DNA from: a virus
Strand: one strand, 5' to 3'
Virus record (IMG/VR): IMGVR_UViG_2881147464_000001
Span: 9,453-73,452 of that record
DNA length: 64,000 bases
The position numbers and the translations under genes are program-made. Positions 55,052-63,454 of this stretch are shown piece by piece. Under the pieces are notes generated by a model. That model made no database searches. It saw only the letters and a list, made by a program, of their open reading frames with translations, and was not told the origin of the DNA. Position 1 is the stretch's first letter. Each line of letters begins with the position of its first letter.

Positions 55052-56019
55052 GGCAGATCGTCCGCATCAAATTCGGCTCGCATCTCTATGGGACGTCGAC
55101 TCCACAATCGGATCTCGACTTCAAGAGCGTGTTCATCCCGGACGGCAGATCTATCCTGCTTCAGCGGGCAAAGAATACGATCAACGACCAGCGCCCAAAG
55201 GCGGAGCGTGAGAAGAACTACGCCGGCGAGGTCGAGGAGGAGAGGTTCAGCCTCCAGCGCTTCCTTGGACTACTTGCCGAAGGGCAGACGGTGGCGCTGG
55301 ACGTCCTGTTCGCACCAGAATGGGCGATGACGGACGATCCGTCCTGGCACTGGCAAGAGATTCTCGACAACCGCGATCGGTTGCTGACGAGGAAGTCCGC
55401 GGCGTTCATCGGCTATGCCAAGCAGCAGGCAGCCAAATATGGGATACGCGGCTCGCGTGTCGCCGCGGCCCGGGCGGCATTGGCATTGTTGAAGGCGGCT
55501 CTTTCGGCGACGGACAAACTCGGCGGACTGGATCCCGACATCAGATCGTTGATGGTCAAGCACGACCACATGAGTCTTGTCGAGGATACGACGCCTCACG
55601 GGCAGAGAGTCCTGCTCTGGGAAGTATGCAACCGGAAAATGCCGTACACGGCGTCGATCAGGAATGCGCACGACATCATGCAACGCGTGGTCGACGAGTA
55701 CGGCAAGCGCGCGCTGATGGCTGAGAGCAACCAAGGAGTCGACTGGAAGGCGCTCTCACATGCCGTGCGCGTCGGAAACCAAGCAATCGAGCTCCTCCTG
55801 ACCGGTTTCGTGACCTTTCCATTGCCGAATGCTGCCCATGTGCTCGAGATCAAGCGGGGACTCCTGCCGTACCAGGTTGTGGCGGCAGAGATCGAGTACC
55901 TTCTCGAGCGCGTTGAGGCTGCGGCGGCAGCTTCAACGTTGCCAGCAGAGCCGGATCTGGCCTGGATCGACGACTTCGTGGCAAGTTCATATCGGGATGA
56001 AGTGTTAGGTGCGAGATGA
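55048..56019 (+). CDS. DNA pol beta-superfamily nucleotidyltransferase (RNA-repair-associated / NrdC.11-like)
   Basis: FGSHLYGTSTPQSDLDFKSVF; DWKALSHAVR. Confidence 0.85.
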   Translation: MRQIVRIKFGSHLYGTSTPQSDLDFKSVFIPDGRSILLQRAKNTINDQRPKAEREKNYAGEVEEERFSLQRFLGLLAEGQTVALDVLFAPEWAMTDDPSWHWQEILDNRDRLLTRKSAAFIGYAKQQAAKYGIRGSRVAAARAALALLKAALSATDKLGGLDPDIRSLMVKHDHMSLVEDTTPHGQRVLLWEVCNRKMPYTASIRNAHDIMQRVVDEYGKRALMAESNQGVDWKALSHAVRVGNQAIELLLTGFVTFPLPNAAHVLEIKRGLLPYQVVAAEIEYLLERVEAAAAASTLPAEPDLAWIDDFVASSYRDEVLGAR

Positions 56020-56375
56020 CCAGTTCAACCGATGAATTGCGGATCGCCGTCATTTTCCGCGCCGACATCGACATTCCGCGCGGCAAGGGGGAGGTCCAGT
56101 TCGGCCATGCGGTGGCATTGCTGGTTCACGGCGGCGGCGAGGTGGCCACTTCCTATATGGCCGGTCTCCAGATGAAGTTGAGCATGGAAGTCGATGATCT
56201 GGATGCGATAGCGCTCATTATGGCGAAGGCAAAGGCGAGGGGCGTTCCATTTGCGGTTGTCGAGGACGCCGGCCGGACCGTCTTCGGCGAGCCGACGATT
56301 ACCTGCATCGGACTCGGTCCGATGAACAAGACTGACTGCAACGCGCTGACGCGGAATGCGAGGATGCGGAAATGA
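56016..56375 (+). CDS. Pth2-type peptidyl-tRNA hydrolase
   Basis: [10 protein letters not shown]; [20 protein letters not shown]. Confidence 0.82.
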   Translation: MTSSTDELRIAVIFRADIDIPRGKGEVQFGHAVALLVHGGGEVATSYMAGLQMKLSMEVDDLDAIALIMAKAKARGVPFAVVEDAGRTVFGEPTITCIGLGPMNKTDCNALTRNARMRK

Positions 56376-56917
56376 TCGAATGGCAAGCCAACTATCCATG
56401 CCGATATGGCGAGGCGCTAGAGGAGAGGGCGCTCGCCTTCGCGACCGCAGCGCACGCCTCGATCGACCAGCGCAGAAAATATACAAATCAACCGTACATC
56501 GAGCATCCAATAGCGGTCGCTGAGATCGTCCGGTCGGTTCCGCATACGCCGGAAATGATCGCCGCGGCATACCTGCACGACGTCGTGGAAGACACTCCAA
56601 TCACCTTGAACAAAATCCTCCAAGAATTCGGGCGCGAGGTAGTGACTCTTGTGTCCTGGTTGACTGACGTCTCTTTGCCGCTGGACGGCAACCGCGCCGC
56701 TCGGAAGGCTATCGACCTGGCGCATACCGCCAAGGCGCCGTCGGCCGCGAAGACGATCAAGCTGGCCGATCTGATCGACAACACGCTTACCATCAAACAG
56801 CGCGATCCGGATTTCTGGCGCGTCTACCGGCATGAGAAACTGCGGCTGCTCGATGTGCTGAAGGAAGGTGACGCAACGCTCTGGGCGCGCGCGGCCGCGC
56901 AGTGTGATGTCCCGTGA
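56372..56917 (+). CDS. HD-domain RelA/SpoT-type small alarmone hydrolase (SAH/Mesh1-like)
   Basis: FATAAH..QRRKY..PYIEHP; [11 protein letters not shown]; LTD; IKLADLIDN. Confidence 0.88.
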   Translation: MIEWQANYPCRYGEALEERALAFATAAHASIDQRRKYTNQPYIEHPIAVAEIVRSVPHTPEMIAAAYLHDVVEDTPITLNKILQEFGREVVTLVSWLTDVSLPLDGNRAARKAIDLAHTAKAPSAAKTIKLADLIDNTLTIKQRDPDFWRVYRHEKLRLLDVLKEGDATLWARAAAQCDVP

Positions 56918-57075
56918 ACGACCTATTCGATTTCAGAATTGGAAGACTTTCGATCCTCGGTTTCTGGGGACGTCCGTTCATTCGTATTGGATGGAACCCT
57001 AATCCCTATCTGCTGAAAAGCTTCGGGTATTATTGGTGGTGGATCCGTGGCGTTGGCCACAAGAAGGTGAAATGA
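56914..57075 (+). CDS. small aromatic-rich protein (53 aa)
   Basis: Hand translation from GTG; GTGA overlap. Confidence 0.45.
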   Translation: MNDLFDFRIGRLSILGFWGRPFIRIGWNPNPYLLKSFGYYWWWIRGVGHKKVK

Positions 57076-57356
57076 TGAGCGACTGCTGCGACCCTGGGAT
57101 TTGTGGGCAATATAGGGTCGTGCCCTGTGTAGACGGCAAATTTCAGGTGGAGATCTATGGTTGGCATGACGATGACGCAGATTTCCCATATTGGGGCCAG
57201 TTCGTCAAACCGTTTGGCTCTCAAGTCAAAGCGGAGAGTTATATCCTGAAGGAGGTCGCCAAGAAGGAAAAGCTGAAGCGCGACCGCGAAGAGGCGATGG
57301 CGCAAAAGGCGAGGTTCGAGGCAGAGAATCCGCCATATGTGTTTCCGGCACCATGA
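57075..57356 (+). CDS. hypothetical protein
   Basis: Coupled ORF. Confidence 0.55.
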   Translation: MSDCCDPGICGQYRVVPCVDGKFQVEIYGWHDDDADFPYWGQFVKPFGSQVKAESYILKEVAKKEKLKRDREEAMAQKARFEAENPPYVFPAP

Positions 57357-58237
57357 CCATTGAGGAGATCATCCTGCCCGACGGGACGCCAGCCAAGCGG
57401 TTGACTTCCACTTTCGACGGTGAGGCCAAGGTGAGCATCATCACACCGATGCTCAAGGTTCGCTTCCTGCCGAACGTCGACCATGAAGGCGGCGATCACG
57501 AGACGTGGTCGCGTTGGGATGAGGACCGCCAACGGGTGGTTCCGCATGGATTGGGGGCCAGCATCGAGCGCGGCGAGGATGCAGGCAAACCGCAGTATTG
57601 GTGGAATGCCGACGTCGGAATGTGGTGCGGTCGCTTGAATGCCGTCGATCACAAAAGCATCTTGGAAACATACGTCAAGGATGCGAGGCGCAACCTGGCC
57701 AACGAATCTCTGCACCCGATTCTGCAATGGGTGACTGCGGCAGAGGTCTTTCTCCGTGAGACGACATCCGATTTCTTCGTTGATGACGAGAGGCTGAGGG
57801 CGAAGGAGATTTCGGCGCATCTGCGGAAATACAACGACCAGCAATGGCAGGCGCAGATGGCAAGCTCTGTCCGGCGGCAAAAGGAAGAGCTTGCCGAGGC
57901 GATGAACGGAAAGTTCATCGAGAAGCCGCGCGCCGTCGAGATCATGAATCAAGCCGAATTCAAGATGGAAAAGCGTCTCGACCCATGGTCGGGGACGGTA
58001 ATCCCGAACTCGGGCGGGAAGAAGCGCGGTATCAGCTACTTTCACGACTTGATGATCAACTATGAAGGCAAGTGGCGCCGGATTTGCCGCGTCGACCTGG
58101 CGAACCAGTGCCCAACTGGCTCATACAACATCGACGGGTCGAACCATCCGAAAGACTGGTGGATCGGGTCCGTTCTGTATGGTGTCGTCGTCACGGATGA
58201 GGAATGGTACGTCGTTGATGCGACGACGGACGGATAA
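57353..58237 (+). CDS. hypothetical protein
   Basis: 294-aa coupled ORF. Confidence 0.65.
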   Translation: MTIEEIILPDGTPAKRLTSTFDGEAKVSIITPMLKVRFLPNVDHEGGDHETWSRWDEDRQRVVPHGLGASIERGEDAGKPQYWWNADVGMWCGRLNAVDHKSILETYVKDARRNLANESLHPILQWVTAAEVFLRETTSDFFVDDERLRAKEISAHLRKYNDQQWQAQMASSVRRQKEELAEAMNGKFIEKPRAVEIMNQAEFKMEKRLDPWSGTVIPNSGGKKRGISYFHDLMINYEGKWRRICRVDLANQCPTGSYNIDGSNHPKDWWIGSVLYGVVVTDEEWYVVDATTDG

Positions 58238-58249
58238 GGAGACGGCAGA

Positions 58250-58459
58250 GTGAAACATACGATCACCATTACCTTCGACGATGAGGCCAAGATCGTGGAG
58301 GTTGTTGAAACTGGAGGGAAAGCCACCAGACTGAGGAGCGCAATTATGACGGTCGAGCGCAAGCCGGTCGAGGATACGGATGGTGAACCCAGCCTTTACC
58401 GCAAACTCAAGCGAGGCCCGGAAATGGAGATCCATATTGTAGGGCTCGTCCATGACTGA
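58250..58459 (+). CDS. small hypothetical protein
   Basis: AGGAG SD, GTG start. Confidence 0.55.
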   Translation: MKHTITITFDDEAKIVEVVETGGKATRLRSAIMTVERKPVEDTDGEPSLYRKLKRGPEMEIHIVGLVHD

Positions 58460-58973
58460 CCTATCCCGCCGCAACTTCCTCAAAGGCCTCATGGCGGCCG
58501 CCGGCGTCGCCGCGGTCGGCATGCCAGTGATTGCCGCAGTCGAGGCGGTGGCTGTACCGGCATTGCCCTTTCCGGATCATGATGTCGGCGACGTCTTCAT
58601 GAAGGTCAACGACGTCTGGCGTCTTCTCGGCAAGTCGACCAGCTTGACGGTGAATATGGCGAGGAGCGTCTCGTTCGCATCCCTTGAGCAAATAGATCGG
58701 CTAGATCATCGATATTACTGTCTGCCGGATCCGATGGAATTGAGCGTTGAGGCTCTTCTCGACAATGAGGGCCGAGGATTGCTCATGGGTGAGTTCTCAT
58801 CCGGCCGACACATTGATTTTGCCATGTCGCAGGGTGAAAACGGCCTCTACATGATCAAGAAATCATTCATCCGAGAGGTCTGTGCGACCTGCCGCCATGA
58901 GTTGGTAATTGACAGTTTCGAACTCAATCCGAGTGAGATTGAAGTGACGATTCCGGCGGCAGAGGCAGTCTGA
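58452..58973 (+). CDS. Tat-signal-bearing hypothetical protein
   Basis: MTDLSRRNFLKGLMAAAGVAA. Confidence 0.65.
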   Translation: MTDLSRRNFLKGLMAAAGVAAVGMPVIAAVEAVAVPALPFPDHDVGDVFMKVNDVWRLLGKSTSLTVNMARSVSFASLEQIDRLDHRYYCLPDPMELSVEALLDNEGRGLLMGEFSSGRHIDFAMSQGENGLYMIKKSFIREVCATCRHELVIDSFELNPSEIEVTIPAAEAV

Positions 58974-59212
58974 TGGCAACCTTTATGGGCAAAGGCAAGA
59001 TGTTCATCGGCAATGGCGACGACTTCACGCCGATAGCCGACGTATCGCAATTCTCGACCGAGACTCAATCAGAGCAATCGGCGAAATGGCCGACCGACGG
59101 GGATCTGTCGATCAGCCTTCAAATGACCATGACACCAAAGGAGCGACGCAACTTTCTGGTCTGGTGGATCATATTCAGCGCGCTCGCGACGGCGAGACGC
59201 ATTCTGGACTAG
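58973..59212 (+). CDS. small hypothetical protein
   Basis: TGATG coupling. Confidence 0.55.
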   Translation: MATFMGKGKMFIGNGDDFTPIADVSQFSTETQSEQSAKWPTDGDLSISLQMTMTPKERRNFLVWWIIFSALATARRILD

Positions 59213-59246
59213 AGGCCATCTATTGGCCAATGATGGAGGTGACGGG

Positions 59247-59564
59247 ATGACGAGATGGCAAGCAAGTCGATATGTGCATCAGCCGAAATTCGACACCATG
59301 AGCAACGACTGGCGATCCGAACGTGAAGCAGAAGAATCGCTGATCGTTCGCAACGGCAACGGCCCCGTCGGCTCGCCACAATGCAACATCGTTGCAAAGT
59401 TCATGCGCACCGAAGATCGCGATGAGGCTGTCCGCATCGTCAACGCTCATGATGCGCTCGTGGCAGCGCTGGAGCGTGTCATCTTTGACATTGATGAGGT
59501 GCACGATGTGCGACCATCAACGGTCAAAGTTGTTGAAGACGCTCTGGCGGCGGCGCGAGGCTAG
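59247..59564 (+). CDS. hypothetical protein
   Basis: GGAGG SD; IVNAHDALVAAL motif. Confidence 0.6.
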   Translation: MTRWQASRYVHQPKFDTMSNDWRSEREAEESLIVRNGNGPVGSPQCNIVAKFMRTEDRDEAVRIVNAHDALVAALERVIFDIDEVHDVRPSTVKVVEDALAAARG

Positions 59565-59860
59565 AGCCCGGCGATCGCCTTGATCGCCTTGTCCTTGGCA
59601 TTCTTCACCTGGGTTTCGGAGAGGCCATATTTCCGAGCCGTCGTTGCCTCTTTCGGCATGGCCTGCGGAGCGATCGGGCCCAGCACTTCACCGAGGATGC
59701 TCTCGTCGATCTCTCGGATTCCCTTGATGGCTTCCTTCAAACTGGTGATTAGAGAAATGGCGCGGATACCGGTTGGGACGAGTTTCGCTGCCTCGGCCTG
59801 CCTGATCACCTCGTCGATCTCGGCGATGCTCATGATTGAAAAGTTGACTGATGTAGCCAT
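59561..59860 (-). CDS. lone antisense hypothetical protein
   Basis: GGAAGG SD before MATSVN; helical. Confidence 0.55.
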   Translation of the reverse strand: MATSVNFSIMSIAEIDEVIRQAEAAKLVPTGIRAISLITSLKEAIKGIREIDESILGEVLGPIAPQAMPKEATTARKYGLSETQVKNAKDKAIKAIAGL

Positions 59861-60149
59861 GGAACTGCCTTCCTGTTGAAAAACGTCGATTTCAAAGCAC
59901 GGAAAGGCGCATAACGTCAACAGTGCCAAGGGTTTTTGATGATTCTGGCGGTCAATTTCGAAAGAACTGAGCGCCAGGCAGCGTGAAAAAACTTCGAATT
60001 TCGTAAGAACGCTTGGCGCTGTTTGGGTTTCGCCATATACCAGAAATTGTGTTCACAAAAATCTGAAAGACTACCTGTTGTGTCTTTTGCAGAATGCGAG
60101 TCATAAGAGCCGCGAAAGATGGATTCATGTCCAAGACGGAATCAAACCC

Positions 60150-60182
60150 ATGAACGCTCTCCAGCAACAGCGGCGCCGGTAA
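60150..60182 (+). CDS. candidate leader peptide MNALQQQRRR
   Basis: ATG AAC GCT CTC CAG CAA CAG CGG CGC CGG TAA, ends 7 nt before tRNA-Arg. Confidence 0.35.
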   Translation: MNALQQQRRR

Positions 60183-60189
60183 CCATCAC

Positions 60190-60266
60190 CGCCGCGTGGC
60201 TCAACTGGATAGAGCATCAGATTTCGACTCTGAGGGTTGTGGGTTCGAATCCTACCGCGGCGACCA
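60190..60266 (+). tRNA. tRNA-Arg (anticodon UCG)
   Basis: Acceptor CGCCGCG/CGCGGCG, anticodon arm TCAGA-TTTCGAC-TCTGA, T-loop GGTTCGAATCC, encoded CCA. Confidence 0.93.
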
Positions 60267-60267
60267 T

Positions 60268-60341
60268 TCCCGCTTCGTCTAATGGTAGGACACCGCCCTT
60301 TGAAGGCGTGAATCGTGGTTCGAGCCCATGAGCGGGAACCA
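60268..60341 (+). tRNA. tRNA-Gln (anticodon UUG)
   Basis: Acceptor TCCCGCT/AGCGGGA, loop CTTTGAA, T-loop GGTTCGAGCC, encoded CCA. Confidence 0.92.
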
Positions 60342-60354
60342 AAAGATCTTGGCC

Positions 60355-60486
60355 ATGAGATATCTCCTCATCCTTCTCATGCTCGCCGCATGCGCCGCGC
60401 CCCATGGTGATGGCATTTCCGATCGCGAGGCGCGCGGAATAACCGACGTCTTGAAGCAAGCCTTGAGCAAATCCGACCACCAATAG
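60355..60486 (+). CDS. small lipoprotein (43 aa)
   Basis: MRYLLILLMLAAC lipobox. Confidence 0.55.
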   Translation: MRYLLILLMLAACAAPHGDGISDREARGITDVLKQALSKSDHQ

Positions 60487-60489
60487 CAG

Positions 60490-60790
60490 ATTGCGCGACT
60501 GACCAGCGCGCTACAGTGCAACCGCGCCTCTGGCCGGTTCACGCGGGATGATTCCCGCATTTGGTCCGCGAGATTGAGCCTGCGGCGAGCGAAACGCCGA
60601 ACGTATCCGGAGAGGCTCGCCGGCAAACACAGCACCGGCTCTCGCGGCCATCAATTCCCAGCCGGGTCTGGCCTCTGTTGGTCGCCAAGCGCCCTTCAAG
60701 CTCCCCGGCTTAGTTCTTCAAGACCGTAGTAGACATCAGAACGCCACTGGCGGGACGATGGGCTACGGCACCATTTCCAACAAGGGAGAG
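60490..60790 (+). ncRNA. candidate multibranch structured RNA / long 5' leader
   Basis: Nested perfect stems 60543-60647; no credible ORF. Confidence 0.4.
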
Positions 60791-60795
60791 ACAGC

Positions 60796-60900
60796 ATGCT
60801 CGCAGATCTTATCGTTCTCGCAGCCGTCGGTGCGGTCGCCTGGTACTTCCGCGCGCCGATCATCGCGTTCATCAAGAAGACCTTCGGCACCGCCGAGTAA
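60796..60900 (+). CDS. 34-aa single-TM peptide
   Basis: MLADLIVLAAVGAVAWYFRAPIIAFIKKTFGTAE; AAGGGAG SD. Confidence 0.6.
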   Translation: MLADLIVLAAVGAVAWYFRAPIIAFIKKTFGTAE

Positions 60901-60951
60901 GCAATCTTTCGGCGGTCCATTGGGCCGCCGTTTTCCTTTTTCGGAGAACGC

Positions 60952-61230
60952 ATGGCTCACCGGCTCGTCAAGATGGTCACTCCGGATACCGGCATCGGTG
61001 TCGGCACCAAGGTGTTCGATGTTGAGTCCGGTCGCGAGATCCCGGGGATCACATCAGTCGAAGTTCCGCGATTCGGACCAGAGGATCCAATCCGTCTGAA
61101 TCTCGAGTTGTTCGCCGATCATCTGAATATCACCGGCGCGCCACGTTTCTTCATCGCAGACCCTAAGACCGGCAATCGTCGCGAGGTGAAGTCGATCACG
61201 TTCGCCGACGGCGAGACGGTCGAATTCTGA
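60952..61230 (+). CDS. hypothetical phage protein
   Basis: GGAG SD. Confidence 0.65.
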   Translation: MAHRLVKMVTPDTGIGVGTKVFDVESGREIPGITSVEVPRFGPEDPIRLNLELFADHLNITGAPRFFIADPKTGNRREVKSITFADGETVEF

Positions 61231-61233
61231 TCC

Positions 61234-61854
61234 GTGCAATCTCCCTGCCTTCCGATCGCGCCCTTTGACGATCGGCCGGTCGTTATCGTCGCCGGTGGTC
61301 CATCCCTGACGCTCAGCCAGGTCCGCAGGATCGGCATGGCGCGCGCCGCGGACAAGATCCGCGTCATCGCCATCAACGATGCGATCTATCCATGCTGGTT
61401 CGCCGATATCCTCCATGCGTCCGACAAGCGCTGGTGGAACCTGCATAAGGGCGTGCCTGCCTTCCGCGGCTTGAAGACGTCGCTCGAGATCACCGGCTAT
61501 CACGACGTCCGGACGCTGAAGAATACCGGCCTTTCCGGGTACGATGAGACCCCTGGCTGTATTCGCAGCGGTAGCAATGGCGGCTTTCAGGGCGTGCACC
61601 TGGCCGCAAAACTCGGCGCTCGCCGGATTGTGGTCGTCGCCTTCGACTATTCGGATGACGGGGCCCGGTCGCACTGGTTCGGTCCCCATGGACCGGGCAT
61701 GGACCTGCATTCGAACACCGAGAACTGGCGCAAGTATCTGCGCGGCCTGACGGACGAGTTCGCGCGCCGCAAGATCGCAGTCGTCAATGCCACGATCAAG
61801 AGCACGATCGACTGGCTACCGCGCGTCGACCTGGAGACGGAATGGCCGGCATAG
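61234..61854 (+). CDS. DUF115/Maf/sialyltransferase-like (GT-associated) protein
   Basis: IVAGGPSL, IAINDA, D..WW, SGSNGGFQGVHLA...GARRI...FDY...HWFG.H. Confidence 0.7.
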   Translation: MQSPCLPIAPFDDRPVVIVAGGPSLTLSQVRRIGMARAADKIRVIAINDAIYPCWFADILHASDKRWWNLHKGVPAFRGLKTSLEITGYHDVRTLKNTGLSGYDETPGCIRSGSNGGFQGVHLAAKLGARRIVVVAFDYSDDGARSHWFGPHGPGMDLHSNTENWRKYLRGLTDEFARRKIAVVNATIKSTIDWLPRVDLETEWPA

Positions 61855-62621
61855 CGGGCGTTGCTTCCGACACGTTCAGTGACTCGCCGTATTATCACCG
61901 GGATGCATTCCGGAGGGGACTGGCGCGGCTCGGATATGTTGTCGGGCGGCCGCCGAAGGAAAGGCCCGAGCCGAACGACGTTCTGCTCATCTGGAATCGG
62001 ACAAGAGGAAATCACGACTTCGCCAGCCGATATGAAAAGGCTGGCGCGAGGGTGCTGGTGGCTGAGAACGGCTACATCGGCAAGGATAGGGACGGGCACC
62101 TGCTCTATGCGCTTGCGCTGGGGCACCATCTGGGCGCCGGCGCGTGGGTTGAGGGCGCCGGCGACCGATGGGCCTCTCTCGGCATCGAACCGCTCCCGTG
62201 GCGCTCCAATGGCGACGAGATCGTCATCCTGCCACAGAGAGGTATAGGCGAGCCGGGCATTGCGATGCCATCGACGTGGGTCGCCGACGTCGTGCGTCGC
62301 CTGAAAGAGGTGACGGATCGACCGATCAGGGTCCGGCCGCACCCCGGCAAAGACAAGACCGATCCGGGGCCAGATTTGCAGAACGCGTGGGCCGCGGTGA
62401 CATGGGCGAGCGGTGCCGGCATCAAATCGATCGTCGCCGGAGTCCCGGTCTTTCATGACATGCCGACATGGATCGGCGGACCGGCCGCCAAGCGCGGCGT
62501 CGACGACATCGAAAATCCATTTCTCGGCGACCGCCTGCCGATGCTCCGCAGTCTTGCGTGGGCTCAGTGGGAAACTGCCGAGCTCGAGGAAGGAACGCCA
62601 TTCAAGTGGCTTCTCGGGTAA
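61842..62621 (+). CDS. KpsS/KpsC-like (Capsule_synth) glycosyltransferase-like protein 1
   Basis: AENGY, VRPHP, VTWASGAGIKSIVAGVPV, AWAQW. Confidence 0.7.
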   Translation: MAGIAGVASDTFSDSPYYHRDAFRRGLARLGYVVGRPPKERPEPNDVLLIWNRTRGNHDFASRYEKAGARVLVAENGYIGKDRDGHLLYALALGHHLGAGAWVEGAGDRWASLGIEPLPWRSNGDEIVILPQRGIGEPGIAMPSTWVADVVRRLKEVTDRPIRVRPHPGKDKTDPGPDLQNAWAAVTWASGAGIKSIVAGVPVFHDMPTWIGGPAAKRGVDDIENPFLGDRLPMLRSLAWAQWETAELEEGTPFKWLLG

Positions 62622-63454
62622 CCGTCTATCAGATCCCTGCACACAAGCGCTCAATGCTCGTCGGCGCGGCGATGGCGCAAGGCATTCACCGAGTCGGCGA
62701 CATGGTGAGCGTTATGCCATCGACGGCCTATCGTTCGCCCGATGCCGACATTGCCGTCTTTTACGGCTTCGATGAGACTCTGCAAGCCGTGTTTAAGGGC
62801 TATCGGGCAGCAGGACTGCCGGTGGTCTATGTGGATCTCGGCTATTGGGGCCGCAAGGATCTTGGTCGCTGGACCGGCTTCCACAAGGTGTCGGTGAACA
62901 ATCGGCATCCGACGGCCTATTTCCAGTCCAAGCGGCATGATGGAAGCCGTCTCGCCCAGTTCGGGCTCGAGTTCAAGGAATGGACGGCCGGTCGCCACAT
63001 CTTGGTCGCTGGCACGAGTGACAAGGGGGCAATCGTCGACGGGTTCGCCCCGGAAGAGTGGGAGCGCTGGGCTGTCGCGGAACTGCGCCGGTATACCGAT
63101 CGCCGGATCATCTACAGGGCAAAGCCGAGTTGGCTTGGCGCGCGGCCGATAGCCGGTGCCGAGTTTCAGCAGACAAGGGAAGACGTCCGCAAGATGCTGG
63201 TCGACTGCCATGCGGTGGTCACGCATCACTCCAACGTCTCGATCGACGGGTTGATCGCCGGCGTGCCAGCCTTCTGCATCGAAGGCGTCGCTTCGCCGCT
63301 CGCGCTGTACGACCTCTCGAGGATCGAGGAGCCGCGTCGTCACGGTGATCGCGAGCAACTCATGAGAGATATCTCGTGGTGCCAGTTCAACGTGCAGGAA
63401 ATGACAGACGGCGTCGCTTGGCGTCACCTTAAGGAAGAAGGACTCCTGAATTGA
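62606..63454 (+). CDS. KpsS/KpsC-like protein 2
   Basis: VDLGY, YRAKP, VVTHHSNVSIDGLIAGVP, SWCQF; GTG start after GAGGAAGG. Confidence 0.7.
   Translation: MASRVTVYQIPAHKRSMLVGAAMAQGIHRVGDMVSVMPSTAYRSPDADIAVFYGFDETLQAVFKGYRAAGLPVVYVDLGYWGRKDLGRWTGFHKVSVNNRHPTAYFQSKRHDGSRLAQFGLEFKEWTAGRHILVAGTSDKGAIVDGFAPEEWERWAVAELRRYTDRRIIYRAKPSWLGARPIAGAEFQQTREDVRKMLVDCHAVVTHHSNVSIDGLIAGVPAFCIEGVASPLALYDLSRIEEPRRHGDREQLMRDISWCQFNVQEMTDGVAWRHLKEEGLLN

Noticed and set aside
58452-59212. Tail-tube-like look of two small ORFs
   Set aside because: Too short, one has a Tat signal, and there is no structural-gene context
59975-60030. Hairpin AGCGCCAG..AGCGT/ACGCT..TGGCGCT as a third tRNA
   Set aside because: No D-arm, anticodon arm or T-loop on either strand
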